64,000 nucleotides of DNA, taken from an uncultured Candidatus Peribacteria bacterium. Its GTDB lineage: Bacteria > Patescibacteriota > Gracilibacteria > Peribacterales > Peribacteraceae. This document shows positions 17,707 to 27,095 of this stretch, one piece after another (position 1 is the first letter of the stretch; every line of letters starts with the position of its first letter). The notes beneath the pieces are model-generated. The model had not been told where the DNA came from and did no database searches. It saw only the letters and a list, made by a program, of their open reading frames with translations. The position numbers were made by a program, and so were the translations under genes. The stretch is from NCBI GenBank assembly GCA_964597665.1, contig CAZQYX010000006.1, forward strand, positions 1,575-65,574, given 5' to 3'.

Positions 17707-17987
17707 ATTTCTTTCTATTATACCACAATCCAAGAGGATTAGATTCAATATTCCTCGTCAAGACTCAGCATGTCATGACGCATGAGAAAGCGAAAGTCTG
17801 CGAGTACCTCCCGAGCAAACTGCTCGACCTGATGAGCTGGGCATGTTTTCATTGCGCGAATAAAATCAAGGGTTAGGTACGGGACTTCAATGCTGCTCTT
17901 TGAAAAGAAAGAGAAACTCGGATGAGAATCAGAGATTTCACTGAATTGAACCATAGCAAGAGATAGTAAATATTCCCGAACATTCCT

Positions 17988-19787
17988 TCAAGCCTTTCGT
18001 CCCCTCTTCCGATCAATCGCATTCAGGAGCTTCTTTCGAAGACGAATACTGATCGGCGTGACTTCAACAAGCTCGTCATCCTGAATGTACTCAAGCGCAC
18101 CGTCGAGAGTCATAATGCGAGGCGGCGTGAGGCGAATGGCTTCGTCGGCACCGGAACTACGCATATTACTGAGCTTCTTCTCTTTGCTGACGTTCACCTC
18201 AATATCCTGACCGTTCGGGGACTCTCCGACGATCATGCCTTCGTAGACAGGAACGCCTGAACCGATGAAGAATGAACCACGCTCCTGCAGCTGCCATACG
18301 GCGTACGCGACGGACTGTCCGGTGACGCCGGAGATGATCGAACCTGTCGAACGACCGGGCATATCGCCTGCGTACGGACCAAACTTGTGGAATGAGTGCG
18401 TCAAAATTCCATCTCCACGCGTATCGATGATGAATTCATTGCGAAACCCGAGAAGTCCGCGTGTGGGAATCTCATACGTCAAACGTGCAATACCGTTCTT
18501 CGTTTCCATGTTCTGCATGAGACCTTTGCGAAGTCCGAGTTTTTGGATCACGGCACCGGACACTCCTTCGGGAACATCGATATACGCAATTTCAAATGGC
18601 TCCATCTTGACACCGTTTTCCATGTGCGTGATGACTTCCGGTCTCGATGCTGCGAGTTCAAATCCTTCTCTGCGCATAGACTCAATAAGTACTCCGAGGT
18701 GCATTTCTCCTCTGCCGGATACTCTGAATGCATCGGTACGCTCACCAAAATCGATCTTCAGTCCAACGTTCGTTTCGAGCTCTTTTTCAAGACGCTCTCT
18801 GATATGACGTGTGGTGACAAGCTTCCCCTCTTTTCCTGCAAACGGTGAATCGTTGACCATGAAGTCCATCGCAACCGTAGGAGGATCGATGGTGATTGCC
18901 GGAAGAGATTCCGTTGCAGCGTCTGCAACGACGGTATCCCCGACGTAAATTTCAGGCAGGCCTGCAATCGTCACGACGTCTCCGGCAACGGCACTGTCCA
19001 CTTCGACCTGACCGATGCCCTTGTAGACAAGGATTTTCGTGATGCGACCCTGCTTGGCCGTACCATCGGGCTTCTTCACAAATACAGCCTGATTTTTGCT
19101 CATGGTTCCCTCGAAAATTCTCCCGACGGCAAGACGACCGGCGTACGAATCGTACCCGAGGTTCACAGGCTGAAATCTGAGAGGCTTACTCGCATCATTG
19201 ACTCCGGGCTTTACGTGCTCCAGGATCATATCGAAGAGCGGAGTCAAATCTTTACTTTCATCAGAAACTTTCTTCTTCGCAACACCGTCTCTTCCGATTG
19301 CGTACACGTAGGGAAAGTCGAGCTGAGCGTCTGTGGCTCCAAGTTGTACGAAAAGATCGAAGACCAAGCTGAGGGCGCGCTCCGGGTCGGCACCCGGTCT
19401 ATCGATCTTATTGATGATGACAATAGGTTTGATCCCGATCTCGAGGGATTTCTTGAGGACGAATCTGGTCTGAGGCATGGGACCGTCGAACGAGTCGACA
19501 AGGAGACACACGCAATCGCACATCTTGAGCACGCGTTCGACTTCGGACCCGAAGTCCGCGTGACCGGGAGTATCGACGATATTGATCTTCGTGTCTTTAT
19601 ATTTAATCGAACAGTTCTTCGCATAGATCGTAATGCCACGCTCCTTCTCCTGATCATTACTATCCATCACGCGCTCAGCAACTTGCTCATGATCATTAAA
19701 CGCTCCTCCCTGACGGAGGATCTGATCAACCAGCGTCGTTTTGCCGTGGTCGATGTGGGCGATGATGGCAATGGTTCGAAATTCCAT
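17988..19787 (-). CDS. typA: Translational GTPase TypA/BipA
   Basis: RTIAIIAHIDHGKTTLVDQIL, DTPGHADFG, NKIDR; about 600 aa; start trimmed to MEFRT. Confidence 0.95.
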   Translation of the reverse strand: MEFRTIAIIAHIDHGKTTLVDQILRQGGAFNDHEQVAERVMDSNDQEKERGITIYAKNCSIKYKDTKINIVDTPGHADFGSEVERVLKMCDCVCLLVDSFDGPMPQTRFVLKKSLEIGIKPIVIINKIDRPGADPERALSLVFDLFVQLGATDAQLDFPYVYAIGRDGVAKKKVSDESKDLTPLFDMILEHVKPGVNDASKPLRFQPVNLGYDSYAGRLAVGRIFEGTMSKNQAVFVKKPDGTAKQGRITKILVYKGIGQVEVDSAVAGDVVTIAGLPEIYVGDTVVADAATESLPAITIDPPTVAMDFMVNDSPFAGKEGKLVTTRHIRERLEKELETNVGLKIDFGERTDAFRVSGRGEMHLGVLIESMRREGFELAASRPEVITHMENGVKMEPFEIAYIDVPEGVSGAVIQKLGLRKGLMQNMETKNGIARLTYEIPTRGLLGFRNEFIIDTRGDGILTHSFHKFGPYAGDMPGRSTGSIISGVTGQSVAYAVWQLQERGSFFIGSGVPVYEGMIVGESPNGQDIEVNVSKEKKLSNMRSSGADEAIRLTPPRIMTLDGALEYIQDDELVEVTPISIRLRKKLLNAIDRKRGRKA

Positions 19788-19923
19788 AAGACGCAAGAGT
19801 GTAGCGATAATTCTTAGCTTGAACAAGGGCAGAAACTCTGTACAATGCATTCATGGTAGGTTCAATCCTTCCATCGGCCTCTTCGATTTTCGCGGAGGCG
19901 TGCTTTGCCGTACTTTCCTAACT

Positions 19924-21429
19924 ATGTGCGGGATCATTGCAGTCTCCGGCTACCGTGACGTCATTCAGGATTTATATGACGGCCTTATCGTGCTCCAGCA
20001 CCGAGGACAGGACGCGGCGGGTATCGTGACATATGACAATCAGTTCCACCTCAAGAAATCTACGGGAATGGTCAGCGAAGTTTTCCACGGAAGTTCTCTG
20101 CAGCGACTGAAGGGACCCATGGGGATCGGTCATGTGCGCTATCCGACCGCAGGCTGCAGTAGCGAATTTGAGGCACAGCCGTTCTTCGTGAACTCTCCGT
20201 TCGGGATGGCGCTTGCCCATAACGGTAACCTCACGAATGCTTCCGAGCTCGCACGCGAGATCAGGGAACAGGATTATCGCCACCTGAATACAAACTCCGA
20301 TTCGGAAGTGCTTCTGAATGTCTTTTCGCTGGCTCTTCGAAAACAGCGGCCGAAAAAGCTGAATCCGGAACATATCTTCCGAGCGGTGAAAACTGTCTTT
20401 CGAAGGTGTAAAGGAGCGTACTCGGTGGTTTCTCTTGTCGGAGGACAAGGCATCGTCGCCTTCAGGGACCCTCACGGCATTCGCCCGCTCCAACTCGGTC
20501 GCAAACGCTACGGTATGAAGTACGAATACATGGTGGCATCTGAAAATACGGTCTTCAAAGCACTGGATTTTGAGTTCGTACGCGACATTGCGCCGGGCGA
20601 AGTCGTCTTCATCGACCGAACGAACCGGCTCCACAGCAGAGTCGTGAAGAAAGGCGATCTGAATCCCTGCATCTTCGAGTGGGTGTACCTTGCAGCTCCG
20701 GATTCCACCATCGACGGTGTGAACGTCTATAAGGCGAGGGTTCGCATGGGAGAAGCGCTGGCAAGACAGATCAAGGCCTCCGGAATTCACATCGACTCGG
20801 TGATCCCGATCCCGGATACCGGTCGCCCCGCCGCGGCGGGACTCGCGGACAAATTGAAGGTCAGGTACCGCGAGGGATTCGTGAAGAACCGTTACATCGG
20901 CCGAACATTCATCATGCCCGGTCAGGAAATGAGAAAACGCAGTTTGAACTTCAAACTGCATCCGATCGATCTTGAATTCAAGAACAACTGTGTGCTCCTC
21001 GTCGACGATTCGATCGTGCGTGGCAATACGAGCAAGAAGATTGTCGAAATGGCACGCAAGGCTGGGGCAAAGAAAGTATATTTCGCTTCGGCATCGCCAC
21101 CGATCATCGGACCCGATCCGTACGGCATCGATCTCCCCACGACCACAGAACTCGTAGCGGCAGATCATACGATCCCCGAGATCTGCAAGATCATCGGCGC
21201 GGACGGTCTTTTCTATACGTCCATTCAGGATCTTCGTAATTCCGTTCGGATCGGAAACAAAAAGATTCATCGCTTCAGCGAAGGATGCTTCACCGGGAAG
21301 TACCCGACACCCGAAGTTACCATGAAGATGCTCCGAAAACTCGGATGTGGTCGTAATGAAACGAGGGAGACTTTTAAGAAAGAAGATGAACAGAATCCGG
21401 ACCAGACGAAGATGATGGCATTGGTATAA
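19924..21429 (+). CDS. purF: Amidophosphoribosyltransferase
   Basis: N-terminal MCGIIAV nucleophile, HRGQDAAGI, PRPP loop VLLVDDSIVRGNTS; start trimmed to the Cys-2 start. Confidence 0.95.
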   Translation: MCGIIAVSGYRDVIQDLYDGLIVLQHRGQDAAGIVTYDNQFHLKKSTGMVSEVFHGSSLQRLKGPMGIGHVRYPTAGCSSEFEAQPFFVNSPFGMALAHNGNLTNASELAREIREQDYRHLNTNSDSEVLLNVFSLALRKQRPKKLNPEHIFRAVKTVFRRCKGAYSVVSLVGGQGIVAFRDPHGIRPLQLGRKRYGMKYEYMVASENTVFKALDFEFVRDIAPGEVVFIDRTNRLHSRVVKKGDLNPCIFEWVYLAAPDSTIDGVNVYKARVRMGEALARQIKASGIHIDSVIPIPDTGRPAAAGLADKLKVRYREGFVKNRYIGRTFIMPGQEMRKRSLNFKLHPIDLEFKNNCVLLVDDSIVRGNTSKKIVEMARKAGAKKVYFASASPPIIGPDPYGIDLPTTTELVAADHTIPEICKIIGADGLFYTSIQDLRNSVRIGNKKIHRFSEGCFTGKYPTPEVTMKMLRKLGCGRNETRETFKKEDEQNPDQTKMMALV

Positions 21430-21432
21430 CTT

Positions 21433-21526
21433 CTCGATACGCGCCTCGAAGGCGCTACTCGAACTGACAGAAACCTTTTTGCTGTGTCAGTTCGAGTAGC
21501 ACGAGCCGCAGCGAGAGCGTATCGAG
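21433..21526. repeat. Long GC-rich composite hairpin (related to the copy at 35823-35909) in the purF-purD spacer
   Basis: Outer stem CTCGATACGC/GCGTATCGAG, inner stem GCTACTCGAACTGACA/TGTCAGTTCGAGTAGC, mini-hairpin GCGCC-TCGAA-GGCGC, U-rich loop. Confidence 0.75.
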
Positions 21527-21549
21527 AACCGTTCTGCTACACTCTCATC

Positions 21550-22902
21550 ATGCGCATTCTCCTCATCAGTAACTCCGCACGTGGGCATGCCATTGCCGAA
21601 GCATTCGCGAGAAGTCCACAAAAGCCGGAGATTATCGCGTGCTGTACCGTTCGCGATCCGGGGATGATGAGTATTGCGAAGGATCTGCGAGTCATCGATA
21701 TCAACGGACTCTCGAGCGTCGTAAAAATTGCAAAGGAAACCAAGCCGGATTTTGCATTCATCGCACCGGATGACCCTATCGGTGCCGGTCTTGCTGACCG
21801 ACTCGAATCGATCGGTGTTCCCTGTATCGCACCGAAGAAAAATCTTGCTCGCATAGAATCAAGTAAAGGATTCGCAAGAGGCCTGATGCAGAAATATGGA
21901 ATCAACGGCAGTCCGAAATTCAAGATTTTCAGCTTCTCGTCGATGGATGCCAAAAGGCAACTGGATCTGGATATCCGACATTACATCGAGTACGAACTGA
22001 AGAATCAGTACGTCGTGAAGTATGATGCGCTCAAGGGCGGAAAGGGTGTGAAGCTCAGTGGCGAACACCTAAAGACGATCGATGCGGGTGCCAAGTACGC
22101 GATGGAGTGCATCGATCAGTGCGGCACAGTGGTGATCGAAGAGAAGCTTGTCGGTGTCGAGTTCAGCCTCCTGTCGTTCGTATCAGGCACGGTGACAGTC
22201 GATATGCCAGCGATACAGGATTACAAGCGAGCGTACGTTAGTGACGAGGGCCTCAATACGGGAGGAATGGGAACCTACAGTGACAGCAATCACCTGCTGC
22301 CGTTTTTAACACAGGCGGATATCGACGTCGCTAGCAGCTTCAACGCCCAAATTGCTGCAGCACTACTGAAAGAATGCGGAGAACCCTACAAAGGCATTCT
22401 CTACGGCGGCTTCATTGCGACTGCGGATGGAATCAAGATCATCGAGTACAACGCGCGTTTCGGAGATCCGGAAGCCCTCAACGTTCTTCCGATACTCGAG
22501 ACAGATCTCGTCGCAATCTGCCAATCGATCATCGACGGCACGCTGAGCAAAGAACTCGTCCGCTTTGCTCCAAAAGCAACAGTCTGCAAGTACATCACAC
22601 CGAAGAGCTATCCGGAGGACAAGAAGGAGAAGGGTCAACGCGTGCTGGTTCCAGACATTATCCCGGACGGAGTACACCTCTACTACGGGGATCTTGCGAT
22701 GAGTGATACGGGGTGGATGCTGCTTGGCACGTCGAGGGCAATCGGAATTGTCGGTATTGGTGACACCATCAATGATGCCGAAAGGCTTTCACAGGAGGTC
22801 TGCGAAAAGATCACGGGGCCGGTGCGTTTCCGAGAAGATATCGCTACAGTGGAATCGATTCAGAAGCGCGTGGATCTGATGCAGAAGCTGCGGGGTCTCT
22901 AG
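21550..22902 (+). CDS. purD: Phosphoribosylamine-glycine ligase
   Basis: MRILLISNSARGHA N-terminus, ATP-grasp region, NTGGMGTYS motif; adjacent to purF; start trimmed out of the hairpin. Confidence 0.78.
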   Translation: MRILLISNSARGHAIAEAFARSPQKPEIIACCTVRDPGMMSIAKDLRVIDINGLSSVVKIAKETKPDFAFIAPDDPIGAGLADRLESIGVPCIAPKKNLARIESSKGFARGLMQKYGINGSPKFKIFSFSSMDAKRQLDLDIRHYIEYELKNQYVVKYDALKGGKGVKLSGEHLKTIDAGAKYAMECIDQCGTVVIEEKLVGVEFSLLSFVSGTVTVDMPAIQDYKRAYVSDEGLNTGGMGTYSDSNHLLPFLTQADIDVASSFNAQIAAALLKECGEPYKGILYGGFIATADGIKIIEYNARFGDPEALNVLPILETDLVAICQSIIDGTLSKELVRFAPKATVCKYITPKSYPEDKKEKGQRVLVPDIIPDGVHLYYGDLAMSDTGWMLLGTSRAIGIVGIGDTINDAERLSQEVCEKITGPVRFREDIATVESIQKRVDLMQKLRGL

Positions 22903-22919
22903 AATCTTCAGGAATGCAG

Positions 22920-22947
22920 TTGACAATAGTTATTTTAATGTTAATAT
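22920..22947 (+). promoter_or_regulatory. Sigma-70-type promoter
   Basis: TTGACA (22920-25), 16-nt spacer, TAATAT (22942-47), 30 nt upstream of ATG 22978. Confidence 0.45.
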
Positions 22948-22977
22948 GACCACCTTTTTTCTCTCTTCCCAATCCGT

Positions 22978-23586
22978 ATGAAGCATCTCAGCAATCATCT
23001 AAAGGCAATGCAGGCAGCTGGAGCGGCAAGCATCATCACTGCAGCCCTTCTCGCAGTACCGCTGTTCGCGGCAAATGATACGAGCGAGACGACAGGTCTT
23101 TCGGCTCATTACTATGCAGATCATATCGTCCGTCTCTTCGGCAAAACCGGAGCAGAGGTTCCGGGAGCATTTGCGAATGAGAGTATCGAAACAAGCGCCT
23201 TCGACTTTGCCGCCTACATGAGTCACACCTGCTTTCGACCGACAGACAATGACCTCGCTTCCTGCAAGGAAGAATTCGGTCCGTATGCCGATCTAAAGAG
23301 TACGTACAATTCCGGATCTTTGCGTGCGATTCTTACGCAAGTCCCCTACTTGCTTGCAACCGCTCATCTCGCACCTGCACCCGTTCTTACAATTCGCATT
23401 GAGAACGAAAGCAGCAGCAAGACTTTTATCACACCCGAAGAGCAGACGAGAGAGGAAAGCAAAAAGCTCTGGAATGCTTGTCAGATCAAGGAGGCTTCAC
23501 GCAGTGCGGCTGCACGCTGTTACCAGCGCAATATTCGAAGAACGCAGGAGTGGAACAGAGGCGTAGAAGAAGGGAACGTGTACTAG
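22978..23586 (+). CDS. Hypothetical secreted protein
   Basis: 202 aa; signal-like AAGAASIITAALLAVPLFA; no recognised domain. Confidence 0.55.
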   Translation: MKHLSNHLKAMQAAGAASIITAALLAVPLFAANDTSETTGLSAHYYADHIVRLFGKTGAEVPGAFANESIETSAFDFAAYMSHTCFRPTDNDLASCKEEFGPYADLKSTYNSGSLRAILTQVPYLLATAHLAPAPVLTIRIENESSSKTFITPEEQTREESKKLWNACQIKEASRSAAARCYQRNIRRTQEWNRGVEEGNVY

Positions 23587-23590
23587 TAGA

Positions 23591-23667
23591 TTGGAAATTC
23601 CAAATGCCAAAAGCCAAATGCCAAGTATAATATCTTGGAATTTGGTATTTGGATTTTGGAGTTTTTT
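23591..23667. repeat. Family B composite hairpin (CCAAAT-type arm / ATTTGG-type arm), copy B1
   Basis: TTGGAAATTCCAAATGCCAAAAGCCAAATGCCAAG, TATAATAT, CTTGGAATTTGGTATTTGGATTTTGGAG followed by TTTTTT; lies between convergent stops (23586 and 23668). Confidence 0.85.
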
Positions 23668-24723
23668 CTAGAGCTGTTTCAAAAGCTCCTCCTCTTCCCA
23701 CTTCTTCATCCCGTCAACAATCGGTGAAAGCTTCCCCTGCAAAATCGCAGGAATGTTACTGAAGTTCTGATTGGCCCTGTGATCTGTCACTCGGTCTTGT
23801 GGAAAATTATACGTGCGGATTTTCTCGCTGCGGTCGGCAGTCCCAACCTGTCCGGATCGCATTTGCGTACGCTCTCGTAGCAGTCTCTCCTGCTCGGCAG
23901 CGTACAAACGACTGCGAAGAAGACTCATCGCGAGTGCTCTGTTTTTCAGCTGCGAACGCTCTGTCTGACACGCAACAACAACGCCTGTCGGGAGATGCGT
24001 GATGCGAATGGCGCTCTCAGTTTTGTTCACATGCTGCCCTCCGGCACCACCGGAACGATAGGTATCGATCCTCAGATCTTCATTTTTTACTTCGATCTCG
24101 GCTTCCTCTGCCTCAGGGAGAATCGCAACCGTTGTTGTCGACGTGTGGATGCGTCCCTTTGCCTCTGTCGTAGGAATACGCTGCACTCGATGCACACCCG
24201 ATTCGAACTTCAGTTCTCCGTACACGCCGACTCCATCGATCTTCGCTGCTGCTTCCTTCACTCCCCCGGCATCGGCATCGGAGAGATAGAGAATCTCTGT
24301 TTTCCAGCCGCGTTCCTCGGCATATCGCAGGTACATCTTCAGCTGCTCTGCAGCAAAGAGCGCGGCCTCCTCCCCTCCCGCACCTGCACGCACTTCCAGA
24401 ATGACGCTCTTCTCATCATCGGGGTTTCTGGGAATCAGAAGGCGTTTCATTTCCTCAAGGAGAAGTGAAATTTTGACGCGTGCCTTCGCTGCATCTTCAG
24501 CAGCAAAGATTGCCAATTCTTTGTCGTCTTCAAATGCTTTCTCATCGGCAATCGCCTGCTCAGCCTTTCGGTATTCCTGAAACTTCTCCTCGAGGGGAAC
24601 AAGCTGTTTCATCCGGCGGGATAGCTTGGTTAGTTCGTTTCTGTCTCCGTATACGGCAGGATCTTCCATCTTTTTTCTGATGGACTGAAGCTCTTCGATG
24701 CAGGCGCGAACTTTGTCGAGCAT
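23668..24723 (-). CDS. prfA: Peptide chain release factor 1
   Basis: GGQHVNKTESAIRITHLPTG, RIPTTEAKGRIHTS (PxT-type tripeptide); start trimmed to MLDKVRA (24723), outside hairpin B2. Confidence 0.93.
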   Translation of the reverse strand: MLDKVRACIEELQSIRKKMEDPAVYGDRNELTKLSRRMKQLVPLEEKFQEYRKAEQAIADEKAFEDDKELAIFAAEDAAKARVKISLLLEEMKRLLIPRNPDDEKSVILEVRAGAGGEEAALFAAEQLKMYLRYAEERGWKTEILYLSDADAGGVKEAAAKIDGVGVYGELKFESGVHRVQRIPTTEAKGRIHTSTTTVAILPEAEEAEIEVKNEDLRIDTYRSGGAGGQHVNKTESAIRITHLPTGVVVACQTERSQLKNRALAMSLLRSRLYAAEQERLLRERTQMRSGQVGTADRSEKIRTYNFPQDRVTDHRANQNFSNIPAILQGKLSPIVDGMKKWEEEELLKQL

Positions 24724-24744
24724 GCAATCATTGTATGCGAAAAG

Positions 24745-24810
24745 TCCAAAATCCAAATACCAAATTCCAAGTATGATATCCTGGAATTTGGCTTCTGGTA
24801 TTTGGAATTT
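24745..24810. repeat. Family B composite hairpin, copy B2
   Basis: TCCAAAATCCAAATACCAAATTCCAAG, TATGATATC, CTGGAATTTGGCTTCTGGTATTTGGAATTT; lies between the upstream gene stop (24813) and the prfA start. Confidence 0.85.
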
Positions 24811-24812
24811 CG

Positions 24813-25898
24813 CTATTTCATCCTCTGATCCAATGCATCAAAGCTGAAACAGTGCAGCCCCGCAGGATGATTCCAGAAGATGTCGTAGCCTAGATCGCGA
24901 GTGAGTGCGAATGTTGCACAAAGTTCAAATGCATTTGCGCTCGTGCTGTACGCATAGGGCAAAGAAGTCTCCGGATCATTGACGCGAAGTTTCTCGTACT
25001 GCGCCCCGGCTGCAACCTCCTGAAGATCTTTCGGAATCGGCTTCGGAAGAACTTTGACACCCGCAGGAACGGGAACTCCCCTTTCCTGACCGTAGACCTG
25101 ATTATAAATTTCATTCTGAATCGCTCGCAAATCACTGATGCGTTGCTCGTCAAATCTTTCCGCACGTCCCTGCATAGGACTGCCGACGATGATGATACCA
25201 ACCAGAACAAAGAGTGCTGTAAGGATGATAGATGCCCAGAGGTACCTTGCATGTATGGAACTCGTCTTGTACTGATCATGCTCGATGCGGAGAACCGAAA
25301 AGTAATACCCGAAAGGCAAGCCGCTGAGGACAAGCACTGCCAAAACCTTCAAAATGAATCTCAGTGTCAATTCACCGCTCAGTAATGTGAAGAGAAGCGT
25401 AATGCCGTCACCGATCAGTGCGCACGCAGTGACGAACAGCGTCAAATAGGTCAGCCAGCGACGAACGCCTGAATTCAGCTTCTCTGGCTTGCTCAAAAAT
25501 TCTCTATGCAGAACGCGGGAAAGAAACAGAAACATCGGAAAAGAAATAACGATGACTGCGATGGACCAACGGATGGTGGAAAAATCGCTGCTGTTTGCGT
25601 ACGCATAGTCCATCATCGCTGCGTCAGGGAACCAGCGACCGATATAGGTGAAGGCGAGCAGTACGAGGCTGATCACCGTCGCATACAGAGTCGTGAACGC
25701 AAGCAAGTGGAAGAAGGCATCTCTCGCGGAGCCCGTGTCGGATGGAAGAGGAATCGTCATCGTCAGCGTTTCGGACGCGAGAGCAGAAGCGATATCTTTC
25801 TCTTTCCAGCCTGCGGAGAGAAGCAGCATCCGAATCGTCTGGTGATCCATGTTCTTGCCCCGCGCATGGGCAATGAAAGCGTGCAGTGAGCTGGCCAT
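24813..25898 (-). CDS. DUF5671-like polytopic membrane protein
   Basis: Start trimmed to MASSLHAFIAHARGKNMDHQTIRMLLLSAGW; 4-5 TM region resembling DUF5671 proteins, plus an extracytoplasmic C-terminal domain; family recalled from memory. Confidence 0.62.
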   Translation of the reverse strand: MASSLHAFIAHARGKNMDHQTIRMLLLSAGWKEKDIASALASETLTMTIPLPSDTGSARDAFFHLLAFTTLYATVISLVLLAFTYIGRWFPDAAMMDYAYANSSDFSTIRWSIAVIVISFPMFLFLSRVLHREFLSKPEKLNSGVRRWLTYLTLFVTACALIGDGITLLFTLLSGELTLRFILKVLAVLVLSGLPFGYYFSVLRIEHDQYKTSSIHARYLWASIILTALFVLVGIIIVGSPMQGRAERFDEQRISDLRAIQNEIYNQVYGQERGVPVPAGVKVLPKPIPKDLQEVAAGAQYEKLRVNDPETSLPYAYSTSANAFELCATFALTRDLGYDIFWNHPAGLHCFSFDALDQRMK

Positions 25899-25972
25899 AA
25901 CGATAGAATGGAAGATATAAACGTAAGACGTATGTATCTGCCACAGTCTTACATGCCCTATCATACATCTCT

Positions 25973-27067
25973 TTGCGGATCCTTGTTGCCATGTCCGGCG
26001 GAGTCGACTCCAGTGTTGTTGCACACCTGCTGAAAGAGCAGGGGCATGAGCTGATCGGCGTGCGGTTTTCGCTCTGGACCGATCCACTCGCGCCAGCACT
26101 CGCGCAGGTACTCCCGAGCAAGTGCTGCACGACGCAAAATATTGCCCGCGCTTCAACGGTTGCAAAGAAACTTGGGATGCCGCTGCATGTCATCAATCTT
26201 GAGGATGAATTCAAGAGTCTGGTTGTTGATCCGTTTTTGGAAGCGCATACAAAAGGCCTCACGCCAAACCCGTGCATCGGATGCAACCGGACAATCAAGT
26301 TCGGGAAGCTTCTTCATTGTATGAAAGAACTCGGGTGTGAGAAATTGGCGACGGGACATTATGCAAGGACAGCAACCGAACGAATGCCGGATGGAACAGA
26401 GCGTTGTATCTTGCTCGAGGCCGTCGACACAAGAAAAGATCAGAGTTACTACCTCTATGGGCTCTCGCAGGAACAACTCGCTTCGGTGATTTTTCCCCTT
26501 GGGGCAATGCGAAAAGATGAGGTGTACGGGCTTGCAACGCACTTCGATCTGCCGATTGCAGAGAGCTATAGAGAAAGCCAAGATCTTTGTTTTTTCCCTG
26601 AGAAGACTCCGCAGGAATTTTTAAAGCGACATCTTCAGCAATGGATGAAATCCGGATCGATCGTACGACGTGACGGTACCATCGTCGGAACTCACAAGGG
26701 GCTTCCTCTCTATACAGTTGGTCAGAGACGAGGACTCGGCATCGGAGGCCTGAAAATTCCTCTCGAAGTTATTTCGAAGAATACGCAGCGAAACGAATTG
26801 GTCGTCTCAGAGAAGGGCGAGGAACTCTGTGACGAAGTAAAACTTTCCGATCTTCGGTTCGTTTCCTGGAAACCAAAACAGAGAACGTTGGTCCCTTTCG
26901 AGTGTAGAACGCGGTCGCTATCGCTCAAACAAAAGGGTCTCCTCGTACTCAATGGTGAAAGTGCAACATTCAAGTTTACTAGTCCAGCTCCAATGCAAGC
27001 TGCAGGGCAATCGCTTGTACTCTACCGCGGCGAGGAAGTAGTCGGTGGTGGCGTGATGGAAAATTGA
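25973..27067 (+). CDS. mnmA: tRNA 2-thiouridine(34) synthase
   Basis: MRILVAMSGGVDSSV PP-loop, NPCIGCN, about 360 aa. Confidence 0.95.
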   Translation: MRILVAMSGGVDSSVVAHLLKEQGHELIGVRFSLWTDPLAPALAQVLPSKCCTTQNIARASTVAKKLGMPLHVINLEDEFKSLVVDPFLEAHTKGLTPNPCIGCNRTIKFGKLLHCMKELGCEKLATGHYARTATERMPDGTERCILLEAVDTRKDQSYYLYGLSQEQLASVIFPLGAMRKDEVYGLATHFDLPIAESYRESQDLCFFPEKTPQEFLKRHLQQWMKSGSIVRRDGTIVGTHKGLPLYTVGQRRGLGIGGLKIPLEVISKNTQRNELVVSEKGEELCDEVKLSDLRFVSWKPKQRTLVPFECRTRSLSLKQKGLLVLNGESATFKFTSPAPMQAAGQSLVLYRGEEVVGGGVMEN

Positions 27068-27095
27068 TCGTTGCCATCGCATCTGTGAGCCATTT

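Noticed and set aside
17745-17954. 69-aa ORF between typA and mgtE
   Set aside because: No motif, homology or signal supports it. It may just be open spacer sequence, so I left it unannotated.
17749-17987. M-box (Mg) riboswitch upstream of mgtE
   Set aside because: The minus-strand leader lacks the conserved M-box core. The only GGTTAGGT-like string is on the wrong strand and resembles a family A unit.
24813-26165. Long ORF-track N-terminal extensions, for example 24813-26165, 1706-3835, 19741-21429, 21484-22902, 38122-38427 and 50096-51022
   Set aside because: The extensions overlap neighbouring genes or hairpin elements. The conserved N-termini (MCGII for PurF, MLVLSRK for CsrA, and others) start at internal ATGs, so coordinates were trimmed.
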